Source: an uncultured Candidatus Saccharibacteria bacterium (lineage in GTDB: Bacteria; Patescibacteriota; Minisyncoccia; Phycocordibacterales; UBA2100). Taken from it: a stretch of DNA of 64,000 nucleotides. A program made the position numbers and the translations under genes. Under the pieces are notes generated by a model, which saw nothing but the letters and a program-made list of their open reading frames with translations, was not told the DNA's origin and made no database searches. The stretch's first letter is position 1. Every line of letters starts with the position of its first letter. The stretch lies in assembly GCA_964399865.1 (NCBI GenBank), contig CAYNRJ010000002.1, forward strand, positions 97,108-161,107, read 5' to 3'. This document shows, in pieces, positions 1 to 15,000 of this stretch.

Positions 1-3000
1 CTCGCAACGATCAACTCAACCGCCATCACCGCAGGTGGTACGTTCACGATCACTGCTGCCTCCTCCACATTACTCACTGACACCAACAGATTCACAGGAG
101 GCAATGTCTTTTCAAACGCCACCTCCACCAATTTCGCCATCACAGGTATCTCTAATTCACTTCTTTCAACCAATGCAAACGGTTCGATTGTTGCAACAAC
201 ATCTCTTTCTACAAACATCCTCAATGGCACACTTAGTATCACAAACGGTGGCACTGGAACTTCAACCCCAGGAGCCTACGGTGATGTATTCACTTGGAAC
301 GGATCCAATTGGCAAGGCTTTGCAACCTCCACTCTTGGACTCGTGAAGTTCTCTGATCTCTCTATATATTCAACCTTCGGATATCCCTTCCCAAACAACG
401 CAACGACAACAGGTCTTGGTCTGTACGCTTCTACAACAATCGGCGCGGGAGGACAGGCGACAGGCTTAACTATTTCGGGAGGTGCAACAACCACGGGCAA
501 TGCATATTTTGCGGGGAGTGTTGGTATTGGGACGAATTCACCGCTCGGGGCACTGCAGGTCACTCAAGCTGCGAACTTGCCGCGGTACGGAATTGACGTT
601 GTGAGTAGCGATGACAACACGACACTCTCACTAACAAATACTGATACGGGAGGAGGGACGTGGTGGCTCGCGTCGACTGGCGGCAGTAGCTCATGGGGGC
701 AGGGAAAATTATTGTTCGGCGCCGGAGCGAATTGGCCGAGTGCGCCTGTGATGACGCTCGATTCAACTGGATACTTGGGGCTTGGCCTCACGTCGCCGGC
801 GACGAGACTCGACGTGCTTGGCACGGCAAGTTCGACGAATTTGTTTGTGAACACTACTGCCACAACGACAAATCTCGCAGTGACCGGAATCACAAGCTCA
901 CTGCTCAAAACAAACTCTCTCGGTCAGATCACCGCGGCAGTCGCCGGCACCGACTACGCAAACTTCCAATACCTCTTCCCATTGAACGCAACGACAACGG
1001 GTCTTGGTCTGTACGCTTCCACTACTATTGGTGCAGGAACTTCAGTCACGGGTCTTACAATTAGCGGAGGTGCTACGACGACAGGCAATTTGTTGGTGCA
1101 GGGAAGCGCAACCACAACGAACATTGCGGTGACTGGAACTGCCTCTTCTTCTGCTCTCATTATTTCTTCCGCAGGAGGATCTGGCACACGATGCCTCCAG
1201 GTTGGCGCTGATGGAACAGTTTCCGCAAACGGAAGCGCGTGTGGTACAGGAAGTGGAGGATTTGATTTCACGCCGACAACCTTTGGTGCAATTGCTGCCA
1301 ATTCCACCTCAACACTAATTGGGTTCTCTCAAGGCATTTTCTCTCTAGCGTCTTCTACTATTGGTGCCGGCGGACAAACAACAGGTCTCACTGTCTCAGG
1401 TGGAGCGACAACAACAGGGAATCAATACATTGGGGGAACTCTAAATGCTGGAGCAACGACGCTCTCATCTCTCACCCTCACCACTGCTCTCTCTGCAACG
1501 AATGGAGGAACTGGCCAATCGAGCTACACTACTGGAGACATTCTGTACGCTTCAGGCGCAAACACCCTTTCAAAATTACCAATAGGGAACGCGGGAGAGG
1601 TCCTTAAGATTGCGGGAGGCATTCCATCATGGGGTACAGATTTGAGTTCAGGAGGCGGCACTGGCGGCACATGGTCCACCACCACGTCTCAAGTCACAGG
1701 TACTCTCATCAACTATCCCAACAATACTTCAGACATCGTTGTAATCGGATCTACAGCAACCACATCTGCAGAATATTGGTTTGATCCAAATGCAGGAATT
1801 ACTTATCTTTCTGGCAACGTTGGTATCGGTACGGTCGCACCGCTCGCAAAAGTAACCATTGCTGACACATTGGGATCAGGCGCTCGCTATCTCGATATTG
1901 GAGATGACTCCTATCTCACGGATCTCGATACTGCAAATACGCTTGGTGTGTATGGCATTCAAGATTCAGCAATCGCATCGCTCAGATTGGGAAGTGGCGG
2001 CGGAACCATTTCAGGCGCATCGGGCAACATTGGTATCGGCGATTCGACACCAACATTCACTCTTGATGTGACGGGGAACGCTCGATTCACTTCCTTTGTT
2101 GACGCATCCCATTTTGTCGCGACGTCAACAACCAACATAAACTCATTCCCACTTCTTACTGCTACAACAGCCACGACGACAAATTTTGCAGTAACGAGCG
2201 TCACCTCTTCACTCCTCAAAACGAATTCACTCGGCCAGATCACCGCGGCAGTCGCCGGCACTGACTACACAAACTTCCAATTCCCTTGGACTGCAACAAC
2301 GTTCGGCTCCACAAATGCAAACTCAACCTCAACACTCATCGGCTTTACACAAGGAATCTACGCACTCGCTTCCTCTACTATCGGTGCAGGAGGGCAGACA
2401 ACAGGACTCACGATTTCAGGAGGGGCGACAACGACGGGGAACTTAATTGTGCAGGGAACAGGCACGTCAACCTTTGCGGGTGCGGTTGCTATTGGCAACG
2501 ACGGATCTGGCGCATACCAGGATGCAAACGATCTGGTCGTTGGTTCATTAACGGGCTCTAACGGTATCACTGTTCGTGCGGGTACTTCGGGGGTCTCAAA
2601 CGTATTCTTTGCAGACAGCGTTTCTGGCTCCGGACAATATTCGGGCATTATTTCATACAGCCATGCACTCGACAGATTCCAGATAACGACTGGATCTGCT
2701 GGGTACAGCGGCTCGCTTGGTATGTACATCACCTCTAGCGGCAACACTGCTATCGGCACAACGACCCCTTACAGCAAGCTCACTGCGTGGGGGACCGGCT
2801 CATTGTTTGAAGCAGTCACCAACGCATCGACAACAATCTTTAAGATTGGCCAGAATGGTGCAACTTCCACAAACTTCGCAATCACTGGAGTCATCTCCTC
2901 ACTCTTGAAGACTGATGCTTCTGGAAATATCGGTGCAGCAATCGCTGGTACCGATTACGCCAACTTCCAATATCTCTTCCCAAGTAACGCCACATCCACC

Positions 3001-6000
3001 ACCCTCACATTCGGTGCAGGACTTCTCTCGTCAGCATCTTCGACATTCTCTGCCAACCTAAACATCGCAACCACTTCGTCACTCCTTGCAACTAATGCAA
3101 ACGGCACCATCGTTGCAACAACATCTCTCTCAACAAACTTCCTCTCCGGCACTCTCGCAACCATCAACTCAACTGCAATCACTGCAGGAGGGACCTTCAC
3201 GATCACCGCCGCTTCTTCGACGCTTCTTGCAAACACCAACTACTGGAGCGGCGGCAACATCTTCACTAATGCAACAACAACCTCTCTATATATAGGCTCT
3301 CTTACGGGCCCGCTGCAGGCAATCGGTGGTCAGGTATCGGCAACATCCACTCTATCTATAGCGTACGGAGGCACAGGGCTCTCGACAGCTCCTTCATACG
3401 GTCAGCTACTAATGGGTAATAGCTCAGGAGCATACGCTCTCACGTCTACCTCTTCACTCGGACTCGCTTCCTTCGCATTTCCGTTTACTCCTGCAACAAG
3501 CTGGAACTCAACCTCAACTCTAATTCTCTTCTCACAGGGCATCATCGCGAATGCTTCCTCTACAATCGGAGGAGGCACTTCAGTCACTGGTCTTACTATC
3601 TCCGGCGGCGCAACGACGACAGGAAATGCCTACATCGCAGGTAATTTGGGTGTTGGTAGTAGCACTCCAAATTACAAACTCGATGTAAAGGGATTTGTAA
3701 ATGTTGATGAATTCTCTGGCTATAAGCAAGGAGGGAATACGATTCTCTATGCATCGACGACAAATAACGCGCTTGCCGTAGGTGCATCAAGCGCCGCGGC
3801 CTGGATGTCTGCTTCATCGACAGCTTGGAATAGCGTTGCAATTGGTGACGGAGCGCTCGGCACGACTCCTCTTAATGCGGGCTCTAACAATAATGTGGCG
3901 ATTGGAGCGAATTCTCTCAGAAATCTTACGACTGGCTCGAGTAATGTTGCAATAGGTAAAGACGCTCTTTACTCTGCTACTAGCGGCTCAGAAAACTTTG
4001 CACTCGGAGCGAGCGTCCTCTACTACAATAATGGCGATTATAACGTTGGTATAGGTTCAGGCGTACTCGGGTCAAATACTTCAGGTAGCTATAACATTGG
4101 CATAGGTAGGCTTTCGATGCAGTACAACACTGTTGGTGAGAATAACGTCGCGATCGGCGGTGCGACGCTTAATCAGGCAACCTCTTCAAGTAACAACACT
4201 GCGATCGGCTTTTTCGCGGGAGCTTCAATTTCCGGTGCGACAGGTGCTGTTGGTGCCGGCAACACTCTTCTTGGGCATCGAGCAGGAGGTGAGATCACTA
4301 CGGGAGGCTACAACACAATTATTGGATACTTTACGGGCTCAAACGTTACCACAGGAAGCAATAATATTCTTATCGGCCAGGATGTGCGCAGTGGACTTAG
4401 TGTGACGGCATCCGATCAGCTCAATATTGGTAATCTCCTCTTTGGTACGGGCCTTGGAAGCGGTACCACTCTTGGCACTGGGAACATTGGAATTGGTCTT
4501 GCGAACCCTGCCACCAAACTCGATGTTCTCGGCACCGCTTCCTCCACTAATCTCTTCGTCAATACAACTGCAACGACGACGAACCTCACAATCTCAGGCA
4601 TCACAAACTCACTTCTTTCTGCAAACTCTCTCGGCCAAGTGATCGCAACCTCAACGCTCTCAACGAACTACCTCTCAGGTACTCTCGCAACGATCAACTC
4701 AACAACTATCACGGCAGGCGGCACGTTCACGATCACTGCAGCATCCTCAACACTCCTTGCGAACACCAACTACTGGAGCGGCAGCAACACCTTCACCAAT
4801 GCCACCTCAACCAATTTCGCCATCACCTCGATTACTTCTTCTCTGCTAAAGACAAATTCAAGCGGTTCCATCGTTCCAGCTATTGCGGGCACTGACTATT
4901 CCAACTTCCAGTTCCCATGGACGGCGACGACATTCGGCGCGACATCGGCGAACTCAACTTCCACTCTCATCGGCTTCAACGCAGGACTCTACGCTCTCGC
5001 ATCTTCTACGATTGGCAATGGAACGCTCGGATTGACAGTGAGCGGTACTGCAACCACAACCGGCCGAGCATACTTTGGAGGGAATGTTGGCATCGGCATT
5101 GCAAATCCTGCGCACTTACTTGAGATAACTCCAACCGCTGACAACGCAAATCATTTTGTAATCAATAGTAGCAGCGGTGCGGATAGATTCCGAGTGGGGA
5201 CTGACGGGTCCGGTCACGGTTTCCTTACACTTTTTGATGGCTCAAGTAATCAAGATGTTTTGATTGGAGCAAATGGCATCTCGTACTTTAACGGCGGCAA
5301 TGTTGGTATCGGTAACAGTGCTCCGAACGAGAAGCTCAACGTCCAAGGTGCAATCGCAGGCCAAGCACTCTTTGCAACATCAAGCACGATTACTTCTGTG
5401 TTCACAGGTGGTGTGTATGTGACTGGTACGACGACTTTGGCAAACGCCACTTCAACAAATTTTGCGATTACTGCTGTCACCTCAACTCTCCTTAAAACAA
5501 ATTCGACAGGCGGAGTCATTCCCGCGATCGCAGGAACAGACTATTCAAACTTCCAGTTCCCATTCACTCCTGCTGCAAGTTGGAATTCGACTTCAACGTT
5601 GATCTTGTTCAGTAACGGTATCATTGCGAATGCTTCCTCTACTATTGGTGCGGGAGGGCAGGCGACAGGACTCACGATCTCAGGAGGCGCGACAACGACG
5701 GGGGACTTGAGAGTACAAGGAACTGCAACATCATCGTTTGCAGGAATCCTTTCCATCGGATCAACAACTCCAGCAGGAACTCCAGTCTTTTTTGTCGGAA
5801 CATCTTCGCCACTTCTTACCGTCACGAAGCCTCGTGGGTACGTTGGGATCGGAACTGCCTCTCCTACAAGCGTTCTCTACGTAAATACTCCGACAACAGA
5901 TATTGCGGCGGCGACATTCGCGAAAGCTCAGGCGGGAAGTGACACAGGCGCGTATCTCGAATTCACAGGCGCGTCAGGTGTTTCGCGTGGTTTCGTCGGC

Positions 6001-9000
6001 TTCACAAAACACGGAGGGGGATCCGACACGTTCTTCACAGGTGAGACTGCGGATGCACTCGCGATTCGCGCAGAAGCCGCGTTCCAACTTGGAGTCGGAG
6101 ATCTCATCAGCATGACTGCGATTGATAATGGAAATATTGGTATCGGTGATGTATCTCCAGCTTCTCTCTTTACTGTGGGAGCGAATGATGCGTTCCAGGT
6201 CAATTCATCCGGTGTGGTCGCCGCAGCAACAGGTATTACATCAAGCGGCAACATCACGTTCTCCGGACTTTCTGCAGGGGGAGTTGGCGTCACCGGAACT
6301 GGCCTACTATACTCATTCTCCACCTCCACATGGACCTTCGCATCCTCAACTCTCCTTTCAGACACTAACCGTTGGACAGGAGGTAACGTCTTTTCAAATG
6401 CTACCTCAACTAATTTTGCGATCACAGCCGTCACTTCTTCTCTACTAAAGACGAATGCTAATGGCTCCATCGTTCCAGCAATCGCCGGTACCGACTATGT
6501 CGCCGGCTCAAGCTTCTTCCAATTCCCATGGACTGCCACGACATTCGGCTCTACCGCAGCAAACTCGACTTCCACTCTCATCGGCTTCACGCAGGGTATC
6601 TACGCTCTCGCATCTTCTACTATCGGCGCAGGCGGACAGACGACAGGGCTCACTATCAGTGGAGGCGCGACCACAACAGGGAATGCGTACTTTGCGGGAA
6701 GAGTGGGCATCGGCACCGCATCTCCTGTGACTGACCTTGAGGTCTCTAGGACCTATGGCAAAATTGCGCGATTTTACGCAACAGCCCAGACAGGGATTTA
6801 TCTTGATGTAGCAAATGATAACAATAAGGGCGGATACATCGGTCACAGTCTTCCTTCGATGACCAGCTCCGTCGGTACAGTAAATAGTGGACTGTGGCTC
6901 AGTTCTTATGATGGTTCAAACCCTGGAGGCACAATTAAACTAGCTACCGCAGACACGGATCAAATAAGTTTTATTACAGGCACCACACCAGTAAGCCGCA
7001 TGTCTATCACTAGTGCCGGTAAGGTAGGTATCGGCACCACTTCTCCCGTGGCCCAATTGACTGTGGCTACGCAGAATGGGGCAAATGGTTCCATAAACAA
7101 GCTCTTCCTTGTTGCGTCTTCAACCGCGTCAGCAACTACAACACTCTTCTCAATTGATAATACTGGATTGGTTAGCTACACAACATTGAACGGAGGTCCA
7201 GCTACGACCACAGCCCTCGCCATCACTGGAGTCACCTCTTCTCTGCTCAAGACAGACTCTGCAGGAAATGTTCTCGCCGCTGTTGCAGGTACCGACTACT
7301 CCAACTTCGGTTTCCCATTCACTCCATCTGCAAGCTGGAACTCAACCTCAACGCTCATCCTCTTCTCGCAGGGAATCATTGCAAACGCATCTTCAACAAT
7401 CGGCGCAGGAGGACAGGCGACTGGGCTCACCATCTCAGGCGGTGCGACAACGACCGGGGATTTGAGTGTTCAAGGAACTGCAACGTCATCTTTTATCGGG
7501 GTTCTATCAATTGGCTCAACGACTCCTTCAGGAAACGCGTTGTTTTCAATAGGCACTTCCACCCCGCTAATTGTTGTTGATAAGAGAACAGGAAATGTGG
7601 GTATTGGGACTTCCGCACCTGGAGCCACACTCGACATATTCAAAGCGTCTGGGACCGGTCTGCGCATAGGGCAGAGCGGCAACTATTTCATTAGTCTTGG
7701 TTCAAGCGGTATCGTTTCGAGTAGAGGAGCGGGTGCGTTTGTAATAAACTCAGATCACGGCATAAACTTCCAAGAAGATTCGACCACCGTATTTTCAATT
7801 GCAGACGGAGCGCCTGCAAACATCCTCTCTATTTCGAGCACAGGAAACGTCGGCGTAGGAACCACGTCTCCATATGCAAAACTCTCAGTCGTTGGCGAAG
7901 CGGTCGCCGCATATTTCACCGCAACGACGACAACGAACATCAACACCTTCCCGCTTCTCACTTCAACGACCGCAACCACAACAAATCTTGCAGTGACAGG
8001 AGTCACATCTTCACTCTTGAAGACCAACTCTCTCGGACAGGTGACTGCAGCTGTGGCAGGCGCCGATTATGCAAACTTCCAGTACCTTTTCCCATCGAAT
8101 GCCACGACGACAGCGCTCGGTTTATATGCTTCAACCACGATTGGCGATGGATCACAGGTAGGCGGACTTACTATTAGTGGTGGTGCGTCAACAACCCGGG
8201 ACTTTTATTTCGGAACAGGAGCACAAGTTGATTTCCATGATGAGATCGCTGACAAGTTGTATCTTTACTCAAATACATATGGAATTGGTATCGAAGCCAG
8301 CACGCTTACAAATTGGTCAGGCACACAATTTCGTTGGAGGGTCGGAGGGACGTCTGTTACGACGGGGTCAGAACGAATGCTCTTAACCGGTTCAGGTCTT
8401 ACGGTTACTGGGAGTGCGACGACGAGCAGCAACCTTGTGGTACAAGGAAACGCCACCACCACGAATCTCGCAATCACCGGCGTTACTTCCTCTCTGTTAA
8501 AGACAGACGCATCAGGAAATGTTCTCGCTGCAGTCGCAGGAACTGACTACGCAAACTTTGGCTACCTCTTCCCAGTCGACGGGTATGCGACAACGACAGG
8601 CCTCGGAATCTTTGCTTCGACGACGATTGGTGACGGGTCGCAAGCAGGTGGACTAACTGTTTCCGGTAATGCAACAACAAGCGGCCGACTCTTTGTGGGT
8701 AACAGTATCGGGTCCGTGAACACGGCGTCGGCAAATGGGCCAAGAGCTATAAACCTTATTGATACGAGTGCAGTGATGCGTGTATGGAGATATGCCGCAA
8801 CGACGACAACCAACAATCCAGCGATTGAACTCATCCAAGGCACGAATACGAATGGTTCAAGTGCCGACAATACATGGTGGGACATGTTTACATCCGCAGA
8901 TGGTGGTACGCCTGATAGCGAACGATTCAGCATTCGGCGAAGGACAGGCGGCAGTAATGGCGTATTCTTTTCGATTCATAGTAGCGGCAATGTGGGGATA

Positions 9001-12000
9001 GGGAACAACGTCCCTTCTGAAAAACTCAACGTCCAAGGTGCCATTGCAGGCCAGGGTCTCTTTGCAACATCAAGTGCAATGACATCTGTCTTCACGGGAG
9101 GGCTCACAGTATCCGGCACAACGACTCTCGCAAGCGCAACCTCAACCAACTTTGCGATCACGAATCTCACCTCGACACTTCTCAAAACTAATAGCGACGG
9201 CTCTGTTGTTGCCGCAGTCGCAGGAACTGACTATGCAACCCCAGGACAGGCTTCGTTCCCGTTCACTCCGTCAGCAAGTTGGAACTCAACTTCAACCCTC
9301 ATTCTGTTCTCACAGGGAATCATTGCGAACGCTTCCTCTACTATTGGTGCAGGAGGACAGGGAACAGGTCTCACGATTTCAGGCGGAGCTACGACGACTG
9401 GGCATTCATATTTTGCGGGAAGTCTCGGTATCTCCACTACAACATTCAACAGCGCTCAATTCTCACTTCAGGCAACGAGCTCAAACGCCACGTTAGCAAC
9501 TCTGTATTCTTCGACAGGATCAACAAAACTGTTTGACGCAACCGTTGTCTCAGATGTTCCATTGTTTACATTCGGTAAGAAAGCCGGGACAAAACTCACG
9601 CAATACACGCAGGTGGAATTTACAGATGAAAACGGAAACAATTCTGACTGGTCATTCCGTGTTGCAGGCAACTCATATCCAATAATCAACCTTGGAAGTT
9701 CAGGCGGAACGCTCGCCTCTCCTTCAAACGTTTCGCCACCAACGGAATACTCAAACAAAATTTCAGGACTCATTCTTGGGCACGGGTATATAAATAGTGC
9801 GTGGAGAGATACATCGGGTATCAGTTTCGGTTACGACGCGACACCTTCTGGTTCTGCATACAGCAGTAACATTACGTTCCTCACAACAAGTGGTACCACG
9901 ATTACCGAGAGAATGAGATTGAGCACGGCTGGAAACCTTGGCATCGGAAACAATTCTCCAACAGAGAAACTCAACGTCCAAGGTATCGCTCAAGCCCAGG
10001 CATTCAACGCAACCTCGACAGCGTTCACCTCACAGCTTCTAGGTGGTCTCATCGTCTCTGGTACTACGACTCTTGCCAACGCTACGTCGACGAATTTGTC
10101 TGTTTCTGGGACGGCTTCCACAACGGCACTCATTGTTTCTGGCGCCGGCGGAGCTGCAGGATGTGCGACATTTGCGGCAGACGGTACTATTTCAAACACA
10201 GGATCTGCGTGTGGCACGGGAGGCGGCACATTCTCATGGACTGCGACGACATTCGGCTCTATCGCGGCAAACTCCACCTCGACACTCATCGGCTTCACGC
10301 AGGGTATCTACGCGCTCGCATCCTCAACGATTGGAGATGGCACGCAGACAGGAGGACTCACTATCTCAGGAGGTGCTACTACTACAGGACAGTTGACAGT
10401 TTCTGGAACGGCCACTTCTTCAATCGCAGGCACGCTTTCATTGGGATCAACCACCCCAATCGGGTCCAACAGTAGATTATTTATTCAGTCTCCTTCAAGT
10501 GGAAGCGCGTTCAGGATCGCAAGAGCAACTTCAGCGGGAAGCTTTATAGATGTTTCTCTTAGTTCATCAGGGAATACGGCGGCCACGACAATTACTGATG
10601 GTGGCTCAAACACTCTTACTGTTGCCGCAGGGTCTGCTGGGATTTCGCTTAACGATGCTAATGCTTCACCAGTAAAAATCCACACAGCTACAGCTTTGAA
10701 TACGAGCTCCTTTACTGTAGGCAGTGGAACTACGACGTTCGTCGGTGGAAGAGTTGGTGTCGGAACTTCTTCCCCATTCGCAAAATTCTCTATTCATGCT
10801 CCAAGCAGCGGCACTTACTTTTCAACTATCTTTGCTGTCGCATCTTCCTCACTCGCCGCGACCACCACCGTCTTTTCAGTTGACGGTCTTGGCGCCACCA
10901 CAACCAACTTCGCGATCTCCAACGTTACATCTTCACTTCTCAAAACCACCGCAACAGGCGCTGTGATTCCGGCAGTCGCCGGCACTGACTACGCAACTCC
11001 AGGACAGGCTTCGTTCCCATTCACTCCCGCAGTGGCATGGAACGCTACTTCAACTCTCATTCTCTTCTCGCAGGGAATCATTGCGAACGCTTCCTCCACG
11101 ATTGGAGATGGTACACAAGCAGGTGGTTTGACTATTAATGGAGGTGCAACAACCACAAGAAATCTTGTACTTACTGGCACTGCAGCAAATCTAGTGCTCG
11201 GATCGAACTATTTAAGTGGTGACGGGGGGGATGAGGGTATTTTTGTAGATTCTAGCGGCTATGTTGGTATTGGTACCACTACTCCTCCATCCAAATTGTC
11301 GGTCCAAAGTGGGGGAGGTACCAATGCCATTCTTGTTACAAATTCAGGCAATGGATCAAACTCAACCGCTCTTCACGTGAATTCTAATGGGTCGGGTACT
11401 TTCTATGCGTATGACCTCGATGCTAACCTCACCGCTTTGTATAGTAACGAAGCGGCACGCCTTGCTTCAGGAGGTTTGTATCTCTGGACCAACTCTGCAA
11501 CCGACGCATCAGGGGGTGGTACACCTGATACCTCATTCTCACGACTTTCTGCAGGGAAAATTGGTGTCGGCACTGGGGCAGCAAATGAAATAGACGGTAC
11601 CTTGATTGCTGGAAGTATTGGCATCGGCACCACCTCGCCATACGCCAAACTCTCCGTCGTCGGCGAAACGGTCGCCGCATACTTCACCGCAACGACGACA
11701 ACGAACATCAACACCTTCCCGCTTCTCACTGCTACGACCGCAACAACCACAAATCTCGCAGTGACGGGAATCACTTCATCGCTCCTCAAGACGAATTCTC
11801 TCGGTCAGCTCACCGCCGCTGTTGCCGGCACTGACTACGCAACTCCAGGACAGGCTTCGTTCCCATTCACTCCCGCAGTGGCATGGAACGCTACTTCAAC
11901 TCTCATTCTCTTCTCGCAGGGAATCATTGCGAACGCATCTTCTACTATAGGCGCCGGCGGACAGACGACGGGGCTCACCATCTCAGGAGGTGCGACCACA

Positions 12001-15000
12001 ACAGGGAATCTCTTCGTTACAGGATCTGGCACATCCACATTCGCAAATTATCTGGGCATCGGCACGACTTCGCCTTGGGGTAATGGTCTATTAACGGTCG
12101 GAACCTCTACGCCTCTACTATATGTAGATAAAACGAACGGCTATGTTGGTATGGGCACAACGACCCCAACTGCTCAACTTCAAGTCGGGGAGCAAGTAGC
12201 GGTTCCTTTTGCCTCAGGTCTCAACACATCTTTGGTAAAGTTCGGGCGAGAAATAATAGACTCTGGTTCTGTTGATCAGGAGACCGCGGTATTGCAGGTG
12301 GGGTCCAATATCAGATCTACGGGAAATACAGGAGAGATTCACGCAAGCATGTACACAGAGATGGAGACCAATGCTTTGAGTTACGGTAATTTCACAAACA
12401 GTCTCCTTGGTCACTCGATTAATATCGTGCACAGAGCTACAACAACAGTGGCAAACTTCCAGGCTCTGGATCCAGACATTCAGTTAGTTGCTGGTGCAGG
12501 ATCTGTAACCAACGCGATGGGCGTCGACATTGATGTGTCCCCTCAAGCGGGTTATACGGGGACAGTCACCAATGCATACGCGATTAAAGCGGATATCGAT
12601 AATGTATCCGGAGCGACGATAACCAATGCGTACGGGTTGCGCTTGGGTTTCACTAACGGCGGGACTCTGACAAACGGATATGGCGTCTACCTTACTGACG
12701 TACCTGCTACAAATAGTTATGGAATTTACCAAGCTGGGACAAACGACCTCAATTATTTCGGGGGCAATGTTGGAGTTGGCACAACATCTCCATTTGCCAA
12801 ACTCTCAGTGCACGGAGACACACTCGGCACATACAACTCGACCTTGTTCGCAGTTGCATCCTCGTCTCTTTCAGCAACGACAACAATCTTCTCCGTCGAC
12901 CAGCTCGGTGCAACCACGACAAACTTCGCCATCTCGAATGTCGCCTCCTCACTCCTGAAGACAACCGCAACAGGCGCTGTGATTCCGGCAGTCGCCGGCA
13001 CTGACTACGCAACTCCAGGACAGGCTTCGTTCCCATTCACTCCCGCAGTGGCATGGAACGCTACTTCAACTCTCATTCTCTTCTCGCAGGGAATCATTGC
13101 GAACGCATCTTCTACTATAGGCGCCGGCGGACAGACGACAGGCCTTACGATCTCTGGCGGAGCGACGACGACGGCGGATCTTGTCGTGGGCGGCGGGACA
13201 CTTAACATATCGAATCAAACTTTTAGCTCAGAGCAGACATACAGCCGGTTACTAAATCGCACGGTTGTGCAGCACTACCAAAACAGTTCCAATAATTATG
13301 TTCGAAATCTCGATATTGTTGCAGCGGGATATGATAGGCAATCCGTCATTCGATTCCTGAATCAGACACGAAATACTTCAGACCCAGTGGAAACAGTAAG
13401 AATTAATGAATCAGGAAATCTAGGTGTTGGCACAACATCTCCATTTGCCAAACTCTCAGTGCACGGAGACACACTCGGCACATACAACTCGACCTTGTTC
13501 GCAGTTGCATCCTCGTCTCTTTCAGCAACGACAACAATCTTCTCCGTCGACCAGCTCGGTGCAACCACGACAAACTTCGCCATCTCGAATGTCGCCTCCT
13601 CACTCCTGAAGACAACCGCAACAGGCGCTGTGATTCCAGCTGTTGCCGGCACTGACTACGCAAACTTCAGCTACCTGTTCCCAGTCAATGGATATGCCAC
13701 TACAACTGGGCTCGGGATCTTTGCCTCGACAACAATCGGCGCAGGCGGACAGACGACGGGACTCACCATCTCAGGAGGTGCGACCACAACAGGGAATCTC
13801 TTTGTCACCGGATCTGGTACGTCGACTTTTTCGAACTTCCTAGCGATCGGTACCTCATCTCCGTGGGGGAATGGCTTATTAAATGTAGGCACATCAAGTC
13901 CTCGACTATACGTCGACAACACAAGTGGCTATGTTGGTATTGGCACCACTACTCCTTCGTATCCGTTAACTGTTGCAGGCTCAAGTGCACTTATTTATAA
14001 CGAGACAGGATCGGCCTACCTGAATTTGAAGAGTGGGGTAAATGGTGATAACGCCATTAATGCGGGCATCAATTTCCAAGGAGCCGATGGTACAGACTTT
14101 GCTATAAGTTATGACCGCCGCGGTTGCTGCACACCGGGTCTTAACTTTTGGAGTTATATAGCAGGTGAATATAAAGAAGTCTTCTCCGTCGGGCTTAACA
14201 ATGGTCTCATTCTAAATAGATTCCCGGGCACACCGTATCCAGGCAACGTGTCCATGCAAACAGGATCAACGAGTGCAGCTATCCTCACCGTTGATGGAGG
14301 AGGAAGTTCAGGTGCAGCTGTAAAAGGCCTGGTAGTTCAAGGGGCTTCGAGTCAAACAGCCAATCTTCAAGAGTGGCAAAATAGTTCCGGTGTCGTTTTG
14401 GCAGCAGTAACAGCGGCAGGTAACTTCGGCATAGGTAACGGTAACGTCTCTCCAAACGAAAAACTCAATGTCCAAGGCGCTATCGCTGGTCAGGCCCTCT
14501 TTGCAACATCAAGCACAATGACGTCTGTGTTCACGGGCGGCGTATATGTGACTGGCACGACGACTTTGGCAAACGCCACCTCAACAAACTTTGCCGTCAC
14601 AGGCACCGCCTCAACCACAGCTCTCATCGTCTCGAACGCAGGTGGTACCGCAGGATGTGCGACATTCAGTTCAATCGGTCTTCTCTCAAATACAGGATCT
14701 GCGTGTGGTGGAAGTGGCAGCGCATTCCCATTCACTCCAACTACATTCGGCGCAACGTCAGCTAACTCAACTTCAACTCTCATTGGATTCACGCAGGGTA
14801 TCTACGCGCTCGCTTCTTCAACGATTGGTAACGGCACGCTTACGGGAGGGCTCACGATTAGCGGTGGGGCAACGACGACCGATAACTTATATGTCGGCGG
14901 ATATTTAGAGGTTGTGGATTCGGGCACTCTGGCGAACTTTAATGACGGGTCAGATGGTATCAATTTCCAGGTAAGTGGTGGAGTTGCTGGGATCATTGGC

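Noticed and set aside
343-345. ORF-track start of the giant protein
   Set aside because: The frame is open from base 1 with the same repeat vocabulary; GTG 343 is internal.
12775-13637. Repeat pair as DGR template/variable regions
   Set aside because: The copies are identical with no adenine-specific mismatches, both are in frame within one gene, and no reverse transcriptase is in the window.
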